From Carpediemonas membranifera BICM (Eukaryota > Protista > Fornicata): a stretch of DNA of 64,000 bases. A program made the position numbers and the translations under genes. How positions within the stretch are numbered: the stretch's first letter is position 1; each line of letters starts with the position of its first letter. Location: contig JAHDYR010000053.1 of NCBI GenBank assembly GCA_019828565.1, positions 966,272 to 1,030,271 of the forward strand, given 5' to 3'. Under the pieces are notes generated by a model. The model searched no databases and was not told where the DNA came from. It saw only the letters and a program-made list of their open reading frames with translations. Of this stretch, positions 42,190 to 53,800 are shown one piece after another.

Positions 42190-43887
42190 ATGGTGGAGTC
42201 GATCGAGGATACTGTGCTCCGAAAGGCAGGTGCCCGGAACATCTATGAGTTTAACAATGGCGTTATTGATGTCGATAATACCTTGAAAAGACTCAAAGCG
42301 CAGCCAAACGGCAAGCGGGTGAAGAAGAACAAGGTGCGCAACTTCCTCGAGCGCCAACAGAAGAAGCTTGCTGCCCTGAAGCCCTCTGTACCCATTGAAC
42401 CGGCCAACGACGACCGTCTGTGGGCCCTGCTTCAGCCGTTCAAGCGGACCCAGTACGACCACCTCACTCATCGTGCCCTGGGCCAAGTCATCCTCCAAAC
42501 CCTCGCACCGCACACCCAGACGACACTGTGTCCCTGGTACAAGGTCAGCAGTCCTCTCAAGGTGCGGGGGATGCTTGTGGTCTTCATTGACGGCATGGAC
42601 GCGACTGAATGGAGTAACGTCGAAGGTACTGACGTCCATAAGAACAGCGTGGTGGTGCAACAGGACGGCCCCATGGTCTGGGAAGACTGGGACGACACCC
42701 ACACGACCTCACCCTGGGTAGGGGCGAATGTTCTCGCCAACGTGGGGGAGAAGAAGCCTCGCAGGGTCAGTAACATGTACTATGACGGCATGATGACGCG
42801 CTGCATTAAGAACAAGGCCCGTCCCGCGTCTGTTTCTGCGACGCTGCCCGACTTCGCGCTGACAGTGGACGAGATGGTCTTTCACGACTACCCTCCCGTG
42901 TCGGAAGAGTCCTATAACTCCGCCATGGCCAACGTCAAGGCGGCGCCGACCAAGGAGGACGGCAGTACCACTATCCCCCTCCTGGCCATGGACTGCGAGA
43001 TGGTCGAGACGGAGTACGGCAGCGCGCTGGCCAGGGTCGCTGTCGTTGACGGGGCGACTCGGGCGACTGTGCTTGACATGCTGGCCATGCCGGAGTCACC
43101 GGTCACTGATTATCTCACACCATATTCCGGCATTTCCGAGTCGACTCTGGTTGGAGTCACCAACACTCTGGCGGATGCCCAGGCTGCTGTCAGGAAGCTC
43201 ATCGCGGACACTGCTGCGGCCCACGACCAGACCATGCCCATCCTGGTCGGCCACAGCCTGGAGAACGACCTGGGGGCCCTCCAGCTGGCCTACCCGCTCA
43301 TCCTCGACAGTGCCGTCATTTATGCCGCAGCTGGGTGCATTTATAAGAAGAAGCTCTCGGTCCTGACCAAACAGTTGCTCCACCGAGAGATCCAGGCCGA
43401 CGCTGATGGTCACGACCCTGGTGAGGACGCTCTCGCAGCCCTAGACCTGTGCTTGCTGGCCGTGGAGAAGGGGGACATGACGTTCAGACACCCGACCCAC
43501 GTGTTTGAGCCACTCCCCGCTTTCTTGTGGGACAGTGCTACCGTTCTTAGGGCTGAATCCGCAGTGATTGCGTCGCATCCAGTGTATTTGGACGAATCTG
43601 TTATCGGCCCGGCCACCGCCACTCAGACCTCGAACGACGATGAGACAGTCAAGGCTGCATCTGAGGTGATGGCGACTGCGGGCGAGTCCACCGTTGCCGG
43701 TGTTCACAAGCTGCTGTGCGTCGCCTGTCTCCACACACCAGAAGGCGTCGGGGCCAGGGTTCAAACGCTCATCGACAGTGCCCCGGCAGACTTTGTGCTG
43801 GCTGTACTGGCGGTCCCCAGGGCTGAACGGGGGCAGCTGGACCTGTCGAGACCGGGTCGACTCGTGGTGGCGACCAAGCAGCGGTAA
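42190..43887 (+). CDS. DEDDh RNA exonuclease, Rex1/REXO1-REXO5 family (start uncertain; in-frame ATGs also at 42082-42112)
   Basis: AMDCEMVET, DYLTPYSGI, ILVGHSLENDL, ILDSA and GHDPGEDA motifs. Confidence 0.9.
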   Translation: MVESIEDTVLRKAGARNIYEFNNGVIDVDNTLKRLKAQPNGKRVKKNKVRNFLERQQKKLAALKPSVPIEPANDDRLWALLQPFKRTQYDHLTHRALGQVILQTLAPHTQTTLCPWYKVSSPLKVRGMLVVFIDGMDATEWSNVEGTDVHKNSVVVQQDGPMVWEDWDDTHTTSPWVGANVLANVGEKKPRRVSNMYYDGMMTRCIKNKARPASVSATLPDFALTVDEMVFHDYPPVSEESYNSAMANVKAAPTKEDGSTTIPLLAMDCEMVETEYGSALARVAVVDGATRATVLDMLAMPESPVTDYLTPYSGISESTLVGVTNTLADAQAAVRKLIADTAAAHDQTMPILVGHSLENDLGALQLAYPLILDSAVIYAAAGCIYKKKLSVLTKQLLHREIQADADGHDPGEDALAALDLCLLAVEKGDMTFRHPTHVFEPLPAFLWDSATVLRAESAVIASHPVYLDESVIGPATATQTSNDDETVKAASEVMATAGESTVAGVHKLLCVACLHTPEGVGARVQTLIDSAPADFVLAVLAVPRAERGQLDLSRPGRLVVATKQR

Positions 43888-44020
43888 ATGGCGGTTATTA
43901 GTGGAAGACGTGTATAAGTGAGGGAGCGGTGCTACAGGGTGGGGTGTGAGACTGGTCGGGCTTGTAGGTCACGTAGGGCAAACATCACCTTCACTATACG
44001 TATTTCGCAAAGCCAACGGA

Positions 44021-44640
44021 ATGGCGATCGATCTCAAGGTTGTGCTGCTCGGCAACACCGAGGTTGGTAAGACATGTATTGTTAATCGTTACATCACTGG
44101 CAGGTTCAGTTCCACGACCGTTACAACCGTGGGGGCTGCATATGCGTCTACGACTCGAAGAATCGACAACAAGGAGATGACAGTGGGCATATGGGATACC
44201 TGCGGGATGGAGAAGTACGAGAGCATTAGCAAAATCTACTATCGTGGCGCCCGCGTTGCTTTTGTTTGGTATGTTCACACACGACCATGAGCTTATGCAG
44301 CTACGACCTCACCAACGCCACCACGTTCAGGAAACACGCCGCATTCTGGGTGGAAGAGCTTAAGAAGAACGTCAGTGACTGCATCATCTTTCTTGTAGGC
44401 ACCAAAGCCGACCTTCTCGCCGAGAAAACCCGTGGCGTTCCCGAGACCGAGGTACAGTCCTACGCCAACAGCATCGGCGCCCAGTGCATGGAGACATCTA
44501 GTGTGACTGGGCAGGGGGTGAATGATCTCTTTGATCAGGCTATGCGCGAGTTTATCAAGGCAGGCGGAAAGGTCGGCGTGGGAGCGCAGGGGAAGGCCAA
44601 CCTCTCCGACGATACCGGGAATAGCGGTTGCAGCTGTTAG
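44021..44640 (+). CDS. RAB24: Rab GTPase, Rab24-like; exons 44021-44268 and 44301-44640
   Basis: DLKVVLLG...VGKT, TVGAAY, GIWDTCGMEKYE.ISKIYYRGA..AFV|CYDLT, GTKADL, ETSS and C-terminal CSC. Confidence 0.8.
44269..44300 (+). other. Spliceosomal mini-intron, 32 nt
   Basis: GTATGT...TTATGCAG. Restores the conserved VCYD. Confidence 0.9.
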
Positions 44641-44853
44641 TGTACATTATTAAATACTGCATAGAGTGCCGGCAACAGTTTAGGGAGGACGGCCTTCCGA
44701 CAGCTGGGGTGACCCGGAAAAAGGGCTCAGTCGACTACTATCAGAGCTCATACACGCTACAGAGGCGGCTAGACGCCGTATGTGCCCTCCAACTGGGGGG
44801 CAAGTTTTTCTCGCGAGTTTTTCGCACCTACAAGACAGAACCATCTCATTGGA

Positions 44854-47800
44854 ATGTCGTTACCCTTAGAGCTCTTCTGGGGGGACGATGATAGTACACC
44901 AGACGAATGGATGCAACTTCTGTCGAAGTACAGAGCACTTCCAGGCGTCCCCGGACGCAGTCGCTACTTCGGCACGGACGGCAGTTTCCAGTGGAAGCAG
45001 TGCTTCGCTGTGGAGTATTCGGAAGAGAAGAACTCATACAAGATCCAGTGGTCGCAAGTAGCCAGCGATTCCTCGCCCAAATACAAATGGGTGAAGCGCC
45101 ACAACTTGCACTTCGACGACGAGCCTTGGTCCGAGTTTGTACGCAAGGTGGACGCCGCAGAGGCATACCGCAAGGAGACTGAAGCGGAGCTCAAGTACCG
45201 CAAGTATATCCTCGACACAAAGGTCCCAAACGTCGCGCCAACCGACGAGGCGCAGCTCGATCGCATTCTCACGCTCACCGCCCTCGACATCCTCCCCGCC
45301 GAGGAGTACCTGCTCGAGTCCATGCTGCAGGAGGTGCGTGACCTACGCCGCACGGCCATTGTTGAGGCCATCATCCGCCACCGGGCCGGAACGGACGGCG
45401 AGTACCGCCAGTCCTTGGAGGACGCCCAGATCAACACCCCAGTCGACCCTCCCGTGCCCGACTTCGGGCTGATCACCCGCGAGTCCGAGGGCATCGTCAC
45501 CCGGCCGGTCATGAAGGCGCTACCCCCAGCCCCCTGGGACGTCATCGAGGCCTCCCGCAAGTTCCTCGAGGCCCCGCTGCTCCTGGCTGACCTCATATCG
45601 TTCACGGACTCGCCCGTAGTCGCTGCAGTCCGAGAGAAACTCATGGCCACCAACCAGCCCGCCGTGGTCCAGGAGGCGCTCTCGACCATGGCCGTCCTCG
45701 CCGGGCCAGACCTCAGAGCCGTCGACATATCGAAGATCCGCAAGCACACCACAGGCCTCGCTCTCCCCGCCACGGCCTCTGCTTTCACAGCGCAGCAGGA
45801 GCAGTATAACGCGAGTACCAGGGCCCGCCTCGCAGACATGTGGGTCGGCTCCGTAGTGCAGATTCTGCACGTGTCTATTGGCGAAAACATCGACTTCTTC
45901 GCCCATTCTCTCCAGGAAATTGATCCAATCATTATGCGCACTTTAAGGATGGTCGCGCTTGTGATGACCGACCACCTTTCCCAGGCGATGCAGCGGACTA
46001 TCACCATGTACCTAGACCTCCTCCAGGGCATCCAGTGCAAGGGCGGGTTGGTCTGCCTCCACTCCAACAAGCTGCACGGGCCCGACCCGGACCTCTTCGC
46101 CAACGTCAGCGCGGGGGATGCCGCCCCGCTGTTCACCGCCAGTATCGAGACCGAGGGTGGGGTGGCGCTGAGCCCGTCGATCCCCGAGTTGACCTCCACC
46201 GTGGTCCGGCCGGTCCAGATGGTGCGGGCCCTCCCCTCGGAACTGCCGTCGTTATTCAGGCACCTGTTCCCTGTCTGCACTGACATCCCGGCCGACGCGT
46301 ACGCCTGCGAGCTTGGTACGACCTTCTTCGAGGAGAGCGAGACCCTCGTTGACGACATGGCGAAGGAGATGGCTGCCGAAGCTCAGACGCTGGTTACTGC
46401 GCTCGAGCCGTACCAGTGGCTGCTTAATGCCGACCCCGACGAATACCGGACGAAGTACATGGCCATGGTCGAGCCTGAGGTGCCTGAGGAAAACGAGGAC
46501 GCCCCTCAGGAGGAGGAGCCCGAGAAGAAGGAGGCCGAGAAGCCCAAGGAGGAGAGCAAGGAGACCGGCGAGCTTGACCTCGGCCTACCCGAGTACGTCC
46601 ACAGCGTCGCCGACATCGAGGCCGAGATCATCCGACTCGAGGGCCTCCGCACGAAGATCACCATGTTCGCACCAGACGTCGTCCGCACGAGACTGGTCGC
46701 AGTTTCGACCACACACGTCAAGCAGACCCTCCTCACCAGGGCTGGAGAGCTCATGGACGCTCTGTTCGCGGCCCTCGAGGCCCGGGCGTCGGCCATCCTC
46801 GAGGAAGACATGGCGACGTGGGCCTCCATCCAGGAGCGTGTCAGCGAGGAGCCCGAGAACCCCGAGGAGCTCGCTGCACTCAAGGACTTCATTGCCTCCA
46901 TCCCTGGCCAGGGCGCCGTACTCCGTAAGCGGCAGGTGGAGGCCAACAAGCTGGTCACAATGCTGACAGACCACCAGCACATAGTGACAGACGACCTCTT
47001 CACCCTGAACTACGCTGCCCTTGGTAGCCCGGCCAAGGTCATGAAACTTGTCGATGAGAACGAGTTCAGACTCGATGAGACGAAGACCCAGTTCGAGACG
47101 AAGCTGCAGGCAGAGAGAGACGCCTTCGAGGGCCTCATCAACGATCTTCAGGACGAGATCACTGAGTTTATCCATCTGGGTGACGTTTCACAAGCTGACA
47201 CGCGATACGACACCGCCTGTGACACTCAGGACCGCATCAAGGACGCCCAGGCGGCTGTGGAGCTGTTCAACAGCCGAGAGGAGCTGTTTGGGTGGAACAG
47301 GACAGCATACCCCCAGCTTAAGATCGTCGAGAAGCAGTTCGAGTCGTTCTTCCAGCTCTGGGCTATGGCTGCGACACTCAGCAAGCACTACCCGGTCTGG
47401 TTCGACGGGCCTTTCGCTGATATCGACCCCGATGGGGTGCAGACAATGATAGACACCCTCGCCAAGGACCTGTATAAGCTGAAGAAGCGGTGGGAGCGGG
47501 AACGGGACAAGGAGGGCCCCCGGTTCGAGTTCACTGCGGCCCTCGAGGTCGCGGACTCCCTCTACACGGGCGTGGAGGAGTTCAAGGAGCACATGCCACT
47601 CCTCACGGCGCTCAGGAACCCGGGTCTCAGGGACCGCCACTGGGAGACGATCAGCGCGAAGACCGGCGTCGAGGTCAAGCCATCGCCCCAGCTGACCCTG
47701 AAGAAGCTGCTCGCTATGGATCTAGCCTCGCATCTTGACGACATACTGGCTGTGTCCGACGTGGCCAGCAAGGAGTTCAGCCTTGATAAGACGCTCGACA

Positions 47801-50800
47801 AGATGGTCTCTGACTGGCGACCGGTGAAGTTCGAGCTGCTGGCGTACAGAGAGACCGGCACCTTCGTTCTCAGAGGTACCGACGACATCATCCAGCTGCT
47901 CGACGACAACATCGTCATGACACAGACGATGCGGGGATCCCCCTTCGTCAAGCCGTTTGAGGCCCGGACGAAGCAATGGGAGGCCTCGCTGACGCTCATC
48001 CAGGACACCCTCGACGAGTGGCTCACCTGCCAGAGATCTTGGATGTATCTTGAGCCCATCTTCGCATCCAACGACATCAAGCGGCAGATGCCGGTCGAGT
48101 CCCGTTCCTTCGCTGACATCGACAGCTTCTGGCGCAGTACTATGGAGGCGACCAACCGTAACCCCAACGTGCTCACGATCTGCAGCAAGGACAAGCTGCT
48201 CAACCAGTTCAAGGACGCGAATGAACGCCTCGAGGTCATCCAGAAGGGTCTCAACGACTACCTCGAGACCAAGCGGCTGGCCTTCCCCCGCTTCTTCTTC
48301 CTGTCCAATGACGAGCTGCTCCAGATTCTCTCCCAGACCCGGGACCCTAGAGCGGTCCAGCCGCATCTGAGGAAGATCTTTGAGGGCATCACCAAGCTCG
48401 AGTTCAGCAAGGACATGAAGATTACTCAGATGTACTCGGGTGAGGGTGAGGTCATCCCATTCTCGGAGCCCATCACACCCGAGGGAGACACCGAGCAGTG
48501 GCTGCTCCGTGTGGAGAAGGCTATGCGGTCTACACTGCACAAGGTCACGTCGGAGTCCCTTGCCGCCTTCACCCGCAAGCCGCGTGACCAGTGGGTCCTC
48601 GACTGGCCTGGCATGGTCGTCCTTTGTATCGACCAGATCGTATGGTCAAGCGAGATTGAGTCCGCTGTCAATGAGCGGGGTGTCAAGGGCATTGCTGAGT
48701 ATAAGCAGAAGCTGGACGAGCAGCTGCACGACCTCGTCGTCCTCGTCCGGTCGAAGCTGAGCAAGCTCAACCGCATCACTATCGGCGCTGTCCTCACCAT
48801 TGATGTACACGCGAGAGACGTCACCCAACGCCTGGTAGAGGCAGAGATGGCCGACGCCAACGCCTTCGAGTGGTCCTCCCAGCTCCGCTACTACTGGCAG
48901 GACGGCACAGTTCATGTCAAGCAGGTCGTCGCTGATCGAGAGTTCAAGTTTGAGTATCTCGGGAACTCGTTCCGCCTGGTCATCACGCCACTCACGGACA
49001 GGTGCTATATGACCCTGATGTCGGCCATGCATCTCTACCTGGGCGGCGCCCCCGCCGGCCCCGCTGGCACGGGCAAGACAGAGACCACCAAGGACCTCGC
49101 CAAGGCCCTTGCTACACAGTGCGTCGTGTTCAACTGCTCTGAGGGCCTCAACTACCTTGCAATGGCTCGGTTCTTCAAGGGCCTCGCCATGTCGGGTGCA
49201 TGGAGTTGCTTTGACGAGTTCAACCGTATCGACGTCGAGGTGCTCTCCGTTGTTGCCCAGCAGATCCTGACCATCCAGACCGCGCTGAAGAGCTTGAAGG
49301 AGCGCTTCATCTTCGACGGCACCGAGATCCGACTCGACCCTTCATGCGGTAAGTCACCCCACCTTCATCTAACACAGCCGTCTTCATCACCATGAACCCG
49401 GGGTACGCCGGTCGTACCGAGCTCCCCGACAACCTCAAGGCCCTCTTCCGGCCGGTCGCTATGATCGTGCCAGACTATGCGCTCATCGCTGAGATCATGC
49501 TCTTCTCCCAGGGTTTCAGCGACGCCCGTAACCTCGCCCGCAAGATCACAGCCACTCTCAGGCTCTCGTCCGAGCAGCTGAGCACGTGCGACCACTACGA
49601 CTTCGGCATGAGGGCGGTCAAGACGATTTTGTCGGCCGCCGGTGCGCTTAGGTCGACCAACCCCGACGAACAGGAGGACAAGCTTGTGCTCAGAGCTCTC
49701 AGAGACGTCAACCTGCCCAAGTTCGTGGCTGCCGATCTTCCTCTCTTCAGTGGGATCATTTCCGACCTGTTTGTCGGTCTAGAGATGGAAGAAGTCGACT
49801 ACGGCTCCCTCAAGGTCGCCCTGATCGAGTCCTGCAGGGAGCTCGGCCTCCAGGCCAGCGATCAGACCATTACCAAGTGCATCCAGCTCTATGAAACGGT
49901 TCTCGTGCGACATGGCCTCATGCTCGTCGGTCTGACCCTGTCGGGCAAGACTGAGTGCGTCCGTATCCTCCGCCGCGCCATGACCAAGGTTAACGCCCTC
50001 CTCATGGCCGAGTACGGCAAGGACGGCGTCATTGACCCGGAAGGCCTGCCCGACGGTGTCCCATACGTCGAGGCCGTCAAGACCATCCGACTCAACCCCA
50101 AGTCGATCCGACTGGCCGAGCTGTACGGCGCCTACGACGACGTCTCGGGCGAGTGGGTGGACGGCGTTCTCGCCTCGCTCGTCCGGGAGTACGCTGATGA
50201 CACCGCACCAGACAGGAAGTGGATAGTATTTGATGGGCCAGTCGATGCCCTGTGGATTGAGAACATGAACACCGTGCTCGACGACAACAAGAAGCTCTGC
50301 CTATCATCTGGTGAGATCATAGGGCTTACCAACACCATGACGATGATGTTCGAGGTCGAGGACCTGGCCGTCGCATCTCCAGCCACGGTCTCCCGATGCG
50401 GCATGGTCTACCTCGAGCCCGAGGCCCTAGGCTGGCACGTGGCAGCTGATTCATGGATGGATCGCCTCCCCACTTGGGTCGACGACAACTCCAAGGACAT
50501 GATTCGGGATATGATGGACCGCCTGGTGGACCCCGCGGCTACATATGTCCTCAACAACCTCAGCCTGGTCACCAAGGTTACAAGGGAATGGATGGTGCGG
50601 TCTCTGCTCAAGCTGATGCAGACTTTCATCGCGGTGTTCCGCACCCCCGGCGCCTCGGAGGATGATGCCGTCGAGATGGCTAAGCCACTCCCTCCCACCG
50701 GCCGCTCGCTCCGCCCTGCTCTCGAGAACGCTTTGATTTACTCAATGATCTGGTCGATCGGCACCTGCTCCGACCTCGAGGGCCGGCGCCGCTTCTCCGA

Positions 50801-53800
50801 CTTCCTGCTCTACGCCCTCGACCCCAGCCGCGACAAGCCCGACGACGTCGACCTCGACGACCTCCAGCTATCCACGGACATCCCTGACGGCCCCCCCAAG
50901 GTGGCCATGCCCATCAAGGAGGGTGGCCTCGTCCACGACTTTTTCTGGGACATTGTTGAGTCCAAGTGGGTTGACTGGATGCGACTCGGCGGCGACTACG
51001 ACGTTCCTGAGGGGGCACAGTTTGAATCAATCATTGTGCCGACCAAGGATTTCGTGCGGCACGGTCACCTTCTCCGCCAGCTGGCCCTGGACATGAACCC
51101 TGTGCTCCTCGTTGGTATCACGGGCACGTCTAAGACCGTCATCGTCAACGACATGCTCGACAACAAGCTCCCCGATAACTTCAGCTCGATCTCCCTCAAC
51201 TTCTCGGCCCAGACCTCAGCGAATCAGACCCAGGAGATCGTCGACGGGCAGCTCGACAAGCACCGCAAAGGCGTATACGGCCCTCCCTTTGGCAAGAACG
51301 CCGTCATCTTTGTTGATGATCTCAACATGCCGTCCAAAGAGGAGTACGGCGCCCAGCCGCCCATTGAGCTGCTGCGGCAGTGGCAAGACGACGGTGGCTG
51401 GTACGATCGGAAGATCAACAAGTTCATGCGCATCACCAACGTCCAGTTCGTGTCCGCCATGGGGCCTCCTGGCGGCGGTAGGAACGACGTGACTATGCGT
51501 CTCCTACGTCACTTCAACCTCATCTGCTTCCCCGAGCTTGATACCGACGCCATGAAGCGCATCTTCGGCACCATGATTGACTTCGTACTTCGGTCCTACG
51601 ACCCCGTGCTGCAGCGGGCCAGCGGTGAGATCGTCGCCTCCACTATCGACGTCTACCGCCGCATCTCGAGGGAGCTTCTTCCGACTCCCACCAGATCCCA
51701 TTATACATTCAATCTCAGAGATCTCAGGAAGATCCTGCAGGGCGTCTCGCTCGCTTCCCCCGCCGGCATTGAGACCAAGACCGACTTGGTTCGTCTGTGG
51801 GCGCACGAGTGCTTCAGGGTCTTCGGCGACCGTCTCATCGACAACGAGGACCGCGCATGGCTCACCAGCTGTCTCAAGGACCTCATCAAGGAGAACTACA
51901 AGGTCGACCCGACCACTGTTCTGGACGGCAAGCCGCTCCTCTTCGGTCACCTCATGTCTGACGAGGAGGTCCCCGCATACACGCTCATCTCCGACGACAT
52001 GGACGCGCTCCGGACCAGGGCTGTCGAGCTACTGGCTGACTACAACGCGATGTCCAAGAACAAGATGAACCTAGTGCTATTCGACGATGCCATTAGCCAC
52101 GTCTGCCGCATCTCCCGTGTTCTTCACCAGCCCCAGGGAAACGCTCTCCTCGTCGGTGTCGGCGGGTCAGGCCGGCAGTCGCTGACTCGCCTCGCTTCGT
52201 CTATCTGCGACTACCAGGTGACCCAGATCGAGATCTCCAAGTCGTACAGCGTAGCCGACTGGCATGAGGACCTCAAGACCATGTTCCGGCGGGCCGGTCT
52301 CGAGGAGCATAAGATCGTCTTCCTCTTCACCGACACCCAGGTCTTCCACCCAACCCAGCTCGAGGACATCAACAACGTCCTCAACTACGGCGAGGTCCCA
52401 AACATCTGGCCCCCGGACGAACTGCAGCAGATCATAGAGGGCGTCTCCAAGCCCGCCACTGCTGCTGGTAAGATCGGCAGGAAGCAGGTGTACTCATACT
52501 TCGTCGACAGGTGTAGGTCCAACATCCATCTCGTCCTGTGCATGTCGCCCGTCTCTACTGTTTTCCGGGAGAACCTCCGCAAGTTCCCCTCTCTCGTCAA
52601 CTGCTGCACTATGGACTGGTTCTCACAGTGGCCGCAGCAGGCACTGAGGTCCGTAGCGGAGCACTACCTCTCTGACGTCCACCTGTCGGACGAGCAGAGG
52701 GAGAGGGTCACCGAGATGTGCATGCATTTCCACGTCTCCGTCCAAAAGCTGACCACGAAGTACCGCAATGAGGTCAACAGAGTCAACTTCGTCACCCCAA
52801 CGTCCTATCTGGAGCTGCTGAAGTCTTTCATCGATATCGTCAACGTCAAGAGAGATGAGGTGCTCAAGGCCAAGCGGAGATACGAGGTCGGCCTCGAGAA
52901 GCTGCTGGACACCGCCAAGCAGGTTGAGGCAATGCAGGTCGAGCAGCAGGAGCTCAAGCCGATCCTCCTCAAGACGACGGAGGAAACCGAGCAGCTCATG
53001 GTCAAGATCAGTACCGACCAGCAGCAGGCCGACGCCCAGGAGGCCATTGTCGCCAAGGACACCGAGGCTGCCCTCAAGAAGAAGACCGAGGCCGAGATCA
53101 TCAAGGCTGAGTGCGAGAAGGAGCTCAGCGAGGCCCTGCCCGCGTTGGAGGCAGCCATGAAGGCTCTCAAGGCGCTGAAGAAGTCCGATGTCGTCGAGGT
53201 CAAGTCGATGACGAAGCCCCCGGCCGGTGTCGTACTCGTCATGCAGTCCGTCTGCATCGCCAAGCACGTCAAGCCGAAGACCGTGGTCGACCCCGAGTCC
53301 GGCAAGAAGGTACCCGACTGGTGGGGCAGCAGTAAGAAGCTGCTGGGCGAGTCGAACTTCCTCCCCTCGCTCATGAAGTACGACCGTGACAACATCCCCC
53401 CCTCTGTCATCAACGACCTCAAGCCGTTCATGGAGAACCCTCTGTTCACCGTGGAGGCCGCCCAGAAGGTGTCCAAGGCAGCCGCGGGGCTCTGCGCTTT
53501 CGTCCGAGCGATTTACAAGTACGACACTGTCGCCAAGGTTGTCGCCCCCAAGAAGGCTGCCCTGGCCGAGGCCGAGGCTGAGCTGCAGGAGGCCGAGTCC
53601 GAGCTCAAGGCCAAGAAGGACGCTCTCCAGGCCATCAAGGACTCCATCCAGACCCTCATGGAGGAGTACGCCACGGCCGTCGCCAAGAAGGAGGAGCTCC
53701 AGCAGCAGTACGCCGAGTGTGTCGCCAGGCTCGAGAGAGCGAACAAGCTCATCGGCGGGCTGGGCGGCGAGAAGGACCGATGGGGCCAGACCGTCGAGCG